Part shown: positions 54,475-63,277 of the stretch, piece after piece
Position numbering within the stretch: position 1 is the first letter of the stretch
Layout of the letters: each line of letters begins with the position of its first letter
Assembly: GCA_030141605.1 (NCBI GenBank)
Contig: JAQGDQ010002406.1
Location: forward strand, 1-64,000
Direction of reading: 5' to 3'
Source of the DNA: Tubiluchus corallicola
Taxonomy: Eukaryota > Animalia > Priapulida
DNA: 64,000 nt
Notes under the pieces: generated by a model
Told to the model about the DNA's origin: nothing
Database searches by the model: none
The model's input: the letters and a program-made list of their open reading frames with translations, nothing else
Made by a program: the position numbers and the translations under genes

Positions 54475-56148
54475 ATGCGCATATTGGACTTTCACAAACT
54501 TCGTACTAATTATCAACCTAAATATCCAAAAATCTTTGATGAAGATTTTGAAGACATAGCTTTAGAAGATTTTACGCCCACAACTCCTTTGGGGCGCGAT
54601 GAAGAGATTGTGAGAAAAGCTTTTGAAAACACCTTTTACACGTCGACTGTGAGGTTGGGTAAGGGCAACAATTCTGTAGGGCATCATGAATTTCACATAG
54701 GAGTAATCTTTTCCGGAGGACAAGCTCCGGGTGGTCACAATGTAGTATCTGGGATTTTTGATGGGATGATCAAGGGGAATAAGAATTCTCGACTATTCGG
54801 TTTTCTTGGTGGTCCTTCAGGTCTTTTGGCTTGTAAGTACTTGGAGATAACTGAGAATATCATCGATGACCACAGGAATACCGGTGGTTTTGACATGTTA
54901 GGTTCAGGCAGGACAAAGATAGAGACCGAGGTGCAGTTTGAGCAGTCGCTGCACACCTGCTTAAAGCTGGGATTAAATGCATTGGTGGTCATTGGCGGCG
55001 ACGATTCAAATACTAACGCTGCGATGCTCGCGGAATTTTTTGAAAAAAAGGGAGTAAACATCTCTGTTATAGGTGTTCCGAAGACCATTGACGGTGATTT
55101 AAAAAACGAATATGTGGAAGTTTCATTCGGTTTTGATACTGCTACAAAGCTCTATTCTCATCTGATATCCAACACTGCAAGGGATACGGTCAGCGCTCAA
55201 AAACATTGGCATTTTGTCAAACTGATGGGGAGAAAAGCATCGCATATTACGCTAGAGTGCGCATTGCAGACCCATCCTAATATAACCCTAATATCCGAAG
55301 AGATTGAAAGCCAGAGAAAAACTTTAGAGGATATTGCAGATGACATCTCATCGGTCGTTGCAGCAAGGGCGGAAAATGGCGAGGATTACGGTATAATTCT
55401 CATTCCGGAAGGTTTGGTGGAGTTTGTTCCTGAGATGAAGTCCCTCATAGAAAATCTGAACACCCTTCTCGGCAAAGAGGATAAAACGTTTAACAGCCTC
55501 AGCACCATGGAAGAGAAGATCAATTGGACTATGCAAAATCTGTCTGAACTCTCCGCTGCAACATTTAAGATACTCCCCGTCTGGCTTCAAGATCAACTAT
55601 TATCAGAAAGGGATCCCCATGGAAACATACAGGTATCTCTTATTGAGACAGAAAAACTGTTAATAAATCTCGTCAGCGATAGATTGGAAGAGAAGCGCTC
55701 CCGGGGTGAATATAGCGGCAAGTTTCATCCCATTCCGAGTTTTTATGGCTATGAGGGGCGGAGCCTTTCACCATCGAATTTTGACGCCGATTACTGCTAC
55801 AGTCTGGGGTTGACAGCGTTTCTCCTATTTTTGTGTGGAGCAAGTGGATATATGGCATCTTTACGCGGCTTGCATAAATCACCGAACAATTGGATACCAT
55901 GCGGCGCACCGCTCACTGCTATGATGAACGTTGAGGAGAGACATGGAAAAGACAAAATTGTGATAAAGAAGAGCCTGGTAGATTTAAACGGCAGTCCATA
56001 TAGCGAATATCTGAGAAATAAACAACACTGGGCATACAACACAGACTACAACTACTGTTGTGGGATACAGTATTTCGGTCCAAAAGATGTCTGCGATCTA
56101 CCGACAATAACGCTGACATTGGAGGCACTAGCTAGATCACAATCATAA
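54475..56148 (+). CDS. pfp: Pyrophosphate-dependent phosphofructokinase (long form)
   Basis: SGGQAPGGHNV, GSGRTK, GGDDSNTNA, PKTIDGDL, MGRKASH and YEGR motifs. GGDD plus PKTIDGD fits PPi specificity. Confidence 0.95.
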   Translation: MRILDFHKLRTNYQPKYPKIFDEDFEDIALEDFTPTTPLGRDEEIVRKAFENTFYTSTVRLGKGNNSVGHHEFHIGVIFSGGQAPGGHNVVSGIFDGMIKGNKNSRLFGFLGGPSGLLACKYLEITENIIDDHRNTGGFDMLGSGRTKIETEVQFEQSLHTCLKLGLNALVVIGGDDSNTNAAMLAEFFEKKGVNISVIGVPKTIDGDLKNEYVEVSFGFDTATKLYSHLISNTARDTVSAQKHWHFVKLMGRKASHITLECALQTHPNITLISEEIESQRKTLEDIADDISSVVAARAENGEDYGIILIPEGLVEFVPEMKSLIENLNTLLGKEDKTFNSLSTMEEKINWTMQNLSELSAATFKILPVWLQDQLLSERDPHGNIQVSLIETEKLLINLVSDRLEEKRSRGEYSGKFHPIPSFYGYEGRSLSPSNFDADYCYSLGLTAFLLFLCGASGYMASLRGLHKSPNNWIPCGAPLTAMMNVEERHGKDKIVIKKSLVDLNGSPYSEYLRNKQHWAYNTDYNYCCGIQYFGPKDVCDLPTITLTLEALARSQS

Positions 56149-56156
56149 GGCAACAT

Positions 56157-56508
56157 TATGCTCCAGTATTTGAAGCCGCATCTCGGGGATGTTGTCGTGG
56201 GGTGTTGTTACGAAAAAGCGTGACATCGATCGGTCACAAGATCACGTGGCGTATGCTCCAGTATCCGAAGCCGCACCCCGAGGTTGTTGTCGTGGGGTGT
56301 TGTTACGAAAAAGCGTGACATCGATCGGTCACAAGATCACGTGGCGTATGCTCCAGTATCCGAAGCCGCACCCCGAGGTTGTTGTCGTGGGGTGTTGTTA
56401 CGAAAAAGCGTGACATTGATCGGTCACAAGATCACGTGGCATACGCTCCAGTATCCGAAGCCGCATCCCGGGGGTGTTGTCGTGGGGTGTTGTTACGAAA
56501 AAGCGTGA
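56157..56508. repeat. 95-bp tandem repeat, about 3.7 copies
   Basis: Units start at 56157, 56252, 56347 and 56442 (tatgctccagtatccgaagccgcaccccgaggttgttgtcgtggggtgttgttacgaaaaagcgtgacatcgatcggtcacaagatcacgtggcg), with few substitutions. Confidence 0.97.
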
Positions 56509-56690
56509 TACTGACCGATGGGGAAACATAACCCATGGACGTCAACCTTTACGAAACACTAATTCCCCGGAAATATTAATCCACAGAAGGGGCAGAATCC
56601 CTTCGGTACCAAAACAACCACAAGCCTTGGCATCCACGTACGTTTTATTTGCATCTCTTAAATAGTGAGAAGTTTTGCGCAAAACACAAG

Positions 56691-57995
56691 CTAGTCCACA
56701 AAGTTGAAAGCCAAATGTCCATCGACAAAAGGTATTGAGGCAGCTTCCTCCATCACGCTGATGTTAGGGTTATACTTCACTTCATCATAACACGCTTCGG
56801 ATATATATATGCTTCTCAGATAGGAAGTATTCCTTATGGCGACGATCTTTGCCTCACTAGGTTTTCTCACATTGAGGCTGAGATACAGCGCCATCTTCAT
56901 GGCTTCAAGGTCGTTCGGAAGGATCATAGGTATCTTTGCGGCATTGTCCATCCTTGCGGAGACAGCATTGGTATATGTGCTGCTGAGGTTTATATTCTCC
57001 ATGCAGTCCACCGTGGTTAAGTCTGCCATCCCTATGCCCACAGCATTTCCATAGCTCTTTCCCGCTATCCTCGACACCAAAATTTTATCTATGTTTGGAG
57101 TATTCTCAAATCCATTTAACAAGCCGGAGGATGGTCTACCGGTAACATTAGGATCCATACCTGCACCACTAATATTTTTCCCTATCTCCCGAACTACCAA
57201 GAGATCGATATTCGGTATCAGCAACCTTGCCATATTCTCTTTTGCAATAGGCAGGATTTTTGCATCCGCTTCTATAATTTTATTTTTTGAAGCGAATATT
57301 ATCTCAGAAGTGTCTTCATAAGCGTCCTGCATAATCGCGACGCCACAAATAATGTTTGTCTTTCCAAGAGAAATACCGGCAATCTCTTCTATTAGGTCAG
57401 AAAACCCCTCAAAACCGTATTCATGAGCAGCAGCAGCCCCTTTGTGCTTTCCCAGACCTATGGCAATCATCTTCACCAAACCGCTCTCGTGCTTGCCTTT
57501 GAAGTCCGTATGAGGTTTAATTTTATTTACGACAATGGTACCATCAGCTTCATATGCATCTTTACTAAAATACACGGGACAGCCATTATTCGTGTCACCG
57601 AGATGCACGACATCCATGGAAGAGATTATCGGCACGTGCAACTTAAACTCCGTGACGTTGTAACTCCTCAAGACCTCTTTCTGCCCTTCTGCGCTGGCTC
57701 CGCCGTGACTACCCATTGAAGGCACGATAAACGGCTTAGCACCCCAGCTTTTGAGGACCTCAGTAATCGCTAAGATTATTTCAACAATATCAGTTATCCC
57801 ACGACTGCCAACGGCGATAGCTATCCTCTTACCTTTGTAGTCAATGGCACCGCTGTAAGGTTTCATGCGTTCAGTAATGTGGGAGTGGATATTCTCTATC
57901 TTTTTCCTGCTGTATTTCTGCTGCACCTTGAGCATTTTTGGCAAAGAAATCTCATCACTACCCTGAACTACAACCTCTATGTTATTCAAAATCAT
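56691..57995 (-). CDS. LarA/DUF362-like protein (putative nickel-pincer-dependent isomerase family)
   Basis: AIAVGSRGI, PSMGSHGGA, NKIKPHT, ESGLVKMIAIGLGK, GKNISGAGMDPNV and GNAVGIG motifs. Confidence 0.8.
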   Translation of the reverse strand: MILNNIEVVVQGSDEISLPKMLKVQQKYSRKKIENIHSHITERMKPYSGAIDYKGKRIAIAVGSRGITDIVEIILAITEVLKSWGAKPFIVPSMGSHGGASAEGQKEVLRSYNVTEFKLHVPIISSMDVVHLGDTNNGCPVYFSKDAYEADGTIVVNKIKPHTDFKGKHESGLVKMIAIGLGKHKGAAAAHEYGFEGFSDLIEEIAGISLGKTNIICGVAIMQDAYEDTSEIIFASKNKIIEADAKILPIAKENMARLLIPNIDLLVVREIGKNISGAGMDPNVTGRPSSGLLNGFENTPNIDKILVSRIAGKSYGNAVGIGMADLTTVDCMENINLSSTYTNAVSARMDNAAKIPMILPNDLEAMKMALYLSLNVRKPSEAKIVAIRNTSYLRSIYISEACYDEVKYNPNISVMEEAASIPFVDGHLAFNFVD

Positions 57996-58110
57996 AACTT
58001 ACTCCCTAAATTTACTCACAAAAATAAACATCCCAAAACTAAACCAAACCAAGACCAAACCAAGCGTCAGTGTATCACATTTTAATCCATGTATTCAATA
58101 AAAAAAATAC

Positions 58111-58578
58111 TTATAATCCGTCTCGTATTTTTCTAAAAAAGGACTTCATCATCTCTGATATTTCGTCTTCCAGTATTCCAAAATCATATAAGAGAGTGTG
58201 GTTTAGCGTATCTATGTCGAATAGTTTTGCTTTTGAAACCACTCCTCCAAACTTAGGGTCGCTGGCTCCGAAAACAACCCTGTCAACTCTAGCGTGGAGG
58301 AGTGCCCCTGCGCACATAATACAAGGTTCCAGTGTAGAGTATACGGTGCAACCATTCAACCTCCAGTCGGAGATATGATGGAAAGCTTCCTTGAGAGCTA
58401 TCATTTCAGCGTGCATTGTGGCATCTTTATAATGCTCTTTTTTATTAAATCCTCGGGCGATAATATCACCATCCTTCACAATCACGCATCCAACTGGCAC
58501 TTCAGACATGGCAAGCCCTGCCAGCGCCTCATCAATGGCTGCTCTCATGTAGTAAATATCTTCATCTGAATAGTTCAT
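58111..58578 (-). CDS. tadA: tRNA adenosine deaminase
   Basis: EVPVG, HAEM, WRL and TLEPCIMCAGA motifs. Confidence 0.93.
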   Translation of the reverse strand: MNYSDEDIYYMRAAIDEALAGLAMSEVPVGCVIVKDGDIIARGFNKKEHYKDATMHAEMIALKEAFHHISDWRLNGCTVYSTLEPCIMCAGALLHARVDRVVFGASDPKFGGVVSKAKLFDIDTLNHTLLYDFGILEDEISEMMKSFFRKIRDGL

Positions 58579-58604
58579 ATCTCGCCCTATTTTCCGCAAA
58601 AAAC

Positions 58605-58633
58605 TTGAATAACAGTAACACTTACATTACAAT
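58605..58633 (+). promoter_or_regulatory. Putative sigma70 promoter
   Basis: TTGAAT-17 nt-TACAAT, then AGGAGG before ATG 58666. Confidence 0.6.
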
Positions 58634-58665
58634 ATGTGCGGTATATTTTCAAGCAGGAGGAAGAT

Positions 58666-59427
58666 ATGAGACTTTTAGCTAACGTATGTTTGATATTGTC
58701 TGTGCTCGTTATAGCTTGCACAAAAACGGAACAGCAAAATACGAAGCAAAGCAGCGCTGAAAAGGAAATGACGATCAGTATTGCTGAGAAGATGATCTTT
58801 GACAGCTATAGGAAGGAGCCTATTGATGCCATAGCAAATCTTAACGTCTTGGAAAAGCTCGATAGACTTAACCCAAAGATATATTTCTTGAGGGGAGCAG
58901 CATTTCAAGCTATCGGTCATTATGATACATCTATCAAAGATTTCACAGAAGCTATACATGTAAAAAATGACAGCATTGGAGCATATCTGGGCAGGGCGGT
59001 ATCTTATCTTGAGCTCTCCATGTACGAAGAAGCGTTGTCTGATCTGAATAAGGCCTTATCTCTGGATAACGAAAGTATCGATGCGCATTTTGTAAAAGCA
59101 AAGTGCTTGTTTGCTATGGGAAGACACAGTGAAGCTGCAAACAGCTACAATGCGATAACACAGATGTATCCCCACTATCTCCCTGCTCACTTGAGCATTG
59201 CAAACCTGTACTACAACGTAGAGGATTACAGAAAAGCATCAAACAGCTATACAAAAGCCATAGAGATAGACGAAAACAATTCTCTTGCATACTATAGTAG
59301 GAGCAAAGCATATCTCAAACAGGATAGAGTGGCAGAAGCCTACGTTGACATAAAAAAAGCGATAGACATAGAGCCAAACAACGAATACTACAACGCAATC
59401 GAAGCAGCAATACAAGAGCTCCTATAA
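58666..59427 (+). CDS. TPR-repeat lipoprotein
   Basis: Lipobox VIAC and five or more TPR repeats. Confidence 0.85.
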   Translation: MRLLANVCLILSVLVIACTKTEQQNTKQSSAEKEMTISIAEKMIFDSYRKEPIDAIANLNVLEKLDRLNPKIYFLRGAAFQAIGHYDTSIKDFTEAIHVKNDSIGAYLGRAVSYLELSMYEEALSDLNKALSLDNESIDAHFVKAKCLFAMGRHSEAANSYNAITQMYPHYLPAHLSIANLYYNVEDYRKASNSYTKAIEIDENNSLAYYSRSKAYLKQDRVAEAYVDIKKAIDIEPNNEYYNAIEAAIQELL

Positions 59428-59491
59428 AAGGCAAGCTCGGTCAACTGACCATTTACCACATATCTTCAAGATAAGGGGGTGTAAAAACCCC

Positions 59492-61624
59492 CTATTTTAT
59501 AGCGTGTGGGTCTTCCACGTCCCAAGCATACGGTATGGTGCCATTCTTCCTAAATTGATACCTTACATCTTGAAATCCGATTATCGAATATTTGAGATGC
59601 CTATCTGCGTTCAGTGCCCCTCTTCCGCCTCCGAAGGTAAATCCCACGTAAACATCGTCAAGATCCGCAGACAACGGGAAGCATTTATGGGCATTAGGCT
59701 TGGGATTGAGGTACGTAGGACGAAAACCTAAGTGGGGATGATAGCTGTCCTTATTTGGGTGCCAATCGGATATATATACATAACCGTGCTCCTTCGTGTA
59801 TCGGTGCGTGATTACCTTTTCATTTCTATCCATTCCATAAATCTTGTAGGCCTCAGCAGGAGTTGCCATATCATCCTCCATGCTTTTGTCTATGTACATC
59901 TTTGCCAGGGCATAATCACCACCTTGGCCGCATTCATTGCAAATGTCGTCACATTCCGTCTCTATCTCTATCCTAACCCTATTCGATCTATTCAAAAAGC
60001 CGATATGCGACTTACCCGGCTCAGGCTTAGGTAAATTGAGGATATTATCCGCATTTATGAAGCACTCGTCAGTATCCATCAGGTTTTTACACCTATCATT
60101 CGGAACTGCCCCGACATTCACAATATCGTATCCATCATCTTTGGGGGCAATTTTCCTTGTAAAATTGTGGCGCACAACTCCATCATTCATTATAGCTATA
60201 TGATGTCCCCTTATGGGAGGAACGACAATTCTCGGGTCTCTCATGTTGGGATTTGGCATAGTGTCAAACTCAAATATTATGCTTGAACCTGCCATAAAGT
60301 TGCCCTTGAGTTTTCCAGGCTTCAGAGATCCGGCTCCCAATGCTGCGCCGCGATCGCCGCAGAAATAGTTGTTCGCCTCGATAAACTTCTTCGAAGCGAT
60401 CACTAAAGTCATGCCGGAATAGTTGTTTTTACTGAGGTTTGCGCCATCGGTCTCAGCTGTGAAGAAGAATGAGTTTCCTTTCAATGTATGCGGCACCTTG
60501 TGCCAAACACATGTACTCAGGATGCGCTGGCGTCTTTTGACAAACTGCCCGACACTACTACCCAAAACATTTGTGCTATTTATATATTCGTCATCCCTCA
60601 AGTCGAATACAATTCCCATATTTGCAGTTGTGCCAACACCACCAAGACCGCTCGGAATATCTCCAAACTCTTCGGATATAGCATGAGGGACATTCCCCAT
60701 TAAAAGATAGTCGTCGATTGTGTCATAATTGATGCTAAATAGGTTTAACTCTTCTTCGGAGGAAGCGTATTCAAGTTCCGAGTTTACAGTAATAACAAAA
60801 TCTTTATCTGCAATATTTCCCACGGCATCCTTGGCATAGAGGGTTATAAGCTCTGATTTCATCCCCGTATTTATCAATCCTCGGACGGCAGGAGTCGCCG
60901 TCACATCCCAGTTGGTATCTACAAAGCAGTCGTTTGCGATGGTGATATTTGTGCGTTCATTGTCAAACACTTCATATAGGTCTTCGTCGCTGACTTCAAG
61001 ACACCAAGCATAATTGCCGTATATCCTAAAAAAGCCTATTCCACCTGAAGCAACGGGCACAAAATTGTAGTGCTGTCCATAGTAAGCCCTATCCATGCCG
61101 TCACTATCTATCAACAGACCACCGCTACTGCCGCCGTAAAGGGTACTGTCATAGCAACCGATATACTCCTTGATGTCCGGGATAGACTCTACATAGACGG
61201 AATGCGACTTTGAAAGCATCAATGTCTCGTCTACCACTACAACATCCTCAAGCGCGGCTCCAGATACCAGAGCATACGCTACATTTGTATAGACATCACT
61301 CCCTCTCATGACGGTAAAGCCGGAGGACCAATATTTGCATACACTCTCACCAATGATTGCAAAATCGTTGGCAAGGACATACAATACCTCTTCACCATTC
61401 ACATCGAGATGTTTATTTGGCAGTGCATCCGGGAAAGACTCAAGTTGAACTACATATGATATGATTTCATCAGAAATATCTTCCAAAATATCAAAATTCT
61501 TTACCTCGCTGTGCAATTCCGCAATACTTCTAAACACAATCAGAGAAAGTGCAATAATCACACCCACAATGGTAAAAATTATGATCGTTTCTGCCAGACT
61601 AAACCCTTTCTTACCCTTAAACAT
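59492..61624 (-). CDS. Large prepilin-type protein: class III signal, Ig-like segment, C-terminal L-lectin-like domain
   Basis: KKG/FSLAE followed by a hydrophobic helix (Gly-1, Phe+1, Glu+5). Ig-like YNFVPVASGG...ITLYAKDAVGNIADKDFVITVN. Lectin-like IFEFDT, HHIAI and VYVGFT. Confidence 0.8.
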   Translation of the reverse strand: MFKGKKGFSLAETIIIFTIVGVIIALSLIVFRSIAELHSEVKNFDILEDISDEIISYVVQLESFPDALPNKHLDVNGEEVLYVLANDFAIIGESVCKYWSSGFTVMRGSDVYTNVAYALVSGAALEDVVVVDETLMLSKSHSVYVESIPDIKEYIGCYDSTLYGGSSGGLLIDSDGMDRAYYGQHYNFVPVASGGIGFFRIYGNYAWCLEVSDEDLYEVFDNERTNITIANDCFVDTNWDVTATPAVRGLINTGMKSELITLYAKDAVGNIADKDFVITVNSELEYASSEEELNLFSINYDTIDDYLLMGNVPHAISEEFGDIPSGLGGVGTTANMGIVFDLRDDEYINSTNVLGSSVGQFVKRRQRILSTCVWHKVPHTLKGNSFFFTAETDGANLSKNNYSGMTLVIASKKFIEANNYFCGDRGAALGAGSLKPGKLKGNFMAGSSIIFEFDTMPNPNMRDPRIVVPPIRGHHIAIMNDGVVRHNFTRKIAPKDDGYDIVNVGAVPNDRCKNLMDTDECFINADNILNLPKPEPGKSHIGFLNRSNRVRIEIETECDDICNECGQGGDYALAKMYIDKSMEDDMATPAEAYKIYGMDRNEKVITHRYTKEHGYVYISDWHPNKDSYHPHLGFRPTYLNPKPNAHKCFPLSADLDDVYVGFTFGGGRGALNADRHLKYSIIGFQDVRYQFRKNGTIPYAWDVEDPHAIK

Positions 61625-61761
61625 CTAAATTCCACCTCAAGCACGCAAAACATGCGAATTGTAGCATATCAGCCATAAATATCTTCACAAATCTGTCAAA
61701 CATATCTATTATAGCACCATGTGGATGAAAATGGCTATACTCAAAAATTGAATGGTGAAAT

Positions 61762-62724
61762 ATGGTACTAATTACAGGAGGAGCAGGTTACATCGGCTCA
61801 CACGTGAATAAACTACTAAACCAGCACAACCGTGAAACGGTCGTCCTTGACAACTTTTCCTCAGGTCAAAAACGGTTCGTAAAATGGGGTCACCTTGTCC
61901 AAGGGTGCACCTCTGACAAAGCGCTTCTCACGGACATTATGAAGAGGTATAATGTTGACACAGTGATGCATTTTGCGGCTCTGACGTCTGTGGGTGAATC
62001 TGTCATGCGCCCGGATATTTACTACGACAACAATGTTGTGAATACGTTAACTCTGCTTGAAGCCATGAGAGAAGCTTGCGTTAGCAAGCTTATATTTTCA
62101 TCAACAGCGTCAGTGTATGGAGATGTAAGCTCAGAGCCTTTGGGTGAAGAGTTGCAAAAGAATACCCTGAGCCCCTACGCATCCTCAAAGCTTTTTATGG
62201 AGAAGGTCATAGAGGATTATCACAATGCTTACGGCATTAGATATATCATATTCAGATACTTTAATGCTGCAGGTGCAGATATTGATCTTGAGATAGGTCC
62301 CATAAGTTCTCAACATTTGATACCGATAGTTCTGGACGCCGCTTCCGGCAAACGGGAATCCGTCAGCGTATTCGGCACAGACTATCCTACAGCGGATGGC
62401 ACGTGTATCAGGGATTATGTACATGTTTGCGATATAGCGGAGGCTCATCTTTTGGCATTACAAGCCTTGGATGCAGGGGATGCGAGCAACGATTTTAATA
62501 TAGGCACAGGTCTTGGACACTCCGTCCTCGAGGTTATTGAATGCGCAAAGAGGATCACAAAGAAAGAGATCAAGGTAGAGTATGACAAAAGACGGGAAGG
62601 AGATCCTGTAGCGATTACTGCCTCCCCTGCAAAGATCAAAAGGATGCTCGGATTTCAACCAAAGCTCGAGAGCTTGGACCACATCGTCGAATCTGCTTGG
62701 AAATGGCATGTAACTCAGGACTAA
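61762..62724 (+). CDS. galE: UDP-glucose 4-epimerase
   Basis: TGGAGYIGSH, HFAA, FSSTASVYG, PYASSK, RYFNAAGA and DGTCIRDYVHV motifs. Confidence 0.96.
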   Translation: MVLITGGAGYIGSHVNKLLNQHNRETVVLDNFSSGQKRFVKWGHLVQGCTSDKALLTDIMKRYNVDTVMHFAALTSVGESVMRPDIYYDNNVVNTLTLLEAMREACVSKLIFSSTASVYGDVSSEPLGEELQKNTLSPYASSKLFMEKVIEDYHNAYGIRYIIFRYFNAAGADIDLEIGPISSQHLIPIVLDAASGKRESVSVFGTDYPTADGTCIRDYVHVCDIAEAHLLALQALDAGDASNDFNIGTGLGHSVLEVIECAKRITKKEIKVEYDKRREGDPVAITASPAKIKRMLGFQPKLESLDHIVESAWKWHVTQD

Positions 62725-62774
62725 TATAAAGAACTAACTGCCCTTCACGCGAAAAAAAGCACCTGATATGTGTA

Positions 62775-62817
62775 AACCACTTGGGAGTGTGTGTAAGTGC
62801 CCATTCCCAAGGGGTTG
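62775..62817. terminator. Hairpin between galE and the 88-bp array
   Basis: aaccacttgggagtg pairs with cattcccaaggggtt between convergent transcription units. No strong T-run. Confidence 0.4.
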
Positions 62818-62853
62818 GCTGATACAAAGAAGAAAATGCCACAGCAATGCACA

Positions 62854-63277
62854 GCAACACCCAACCGACATACCCACTAGGGTTTAATTTCGGTCTCGGT
62901 TGAAAGCTTTACATCAGACATCAGCGCAGTAGCAACAACCTGCAACAACCAACCGACATACCCACTAGGGTTTAATTTCGGTCTCGGTTGAAAGCTTTAC
63001 ATCAGACATCGGCGCAGTAGCAACAACCTGCAACACCCAACCGACGCATCCACTAGAGTTCAGTTCCGGTCTCGGTTGAAAGCTTTACATCAGACATCAG
63101 CGCAGTAGCAACAACCTGCAACAACCAACCGACATACCCACTAGAGTTCAGTTCCGGTCTCGGTTGAAAGCTTTACATCAGACATCGGCGCAGTAGCAAC
63201 AACCTGCAACACCCAACCGACGCACCCACTAGGGTTTAATTTCGGTCTCGGTTGAAAGCTTTACATCAGACATCGGC
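62854..63277. repeat. 88-bp tandem repeat, about 4.8 copies, the last copy forming the 3' end of the adjacent CDS
   Basis: Units start at 62854, 62942, 63030, 63118 and 63206 (gcaacacccaaccgacatacccactagggtttaatttcggtctcggttgaaagctttacatcagacatcagcgcagtagcaacaacct) with polymorphic sites. Confidence 0.97.

Noticed and set aside
56157-56508. CRISPR array
   Set aside because: Units are identical along their whole length, with no spacers.
56189-56665. Three small ORFs starting MLSWGVVTKKRD
   Set aside because: They are by-products of the 95-bp period shifting frame each unit, with TTG starts, mutual overlap and no recognisable protein features.
62854-63277. CRISPR array (units contain GTTGAAAG, like a repeat end)
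   Set aside because: The whole 88-bp unit repeats with no unique spacers, and no cas genes are in the window.
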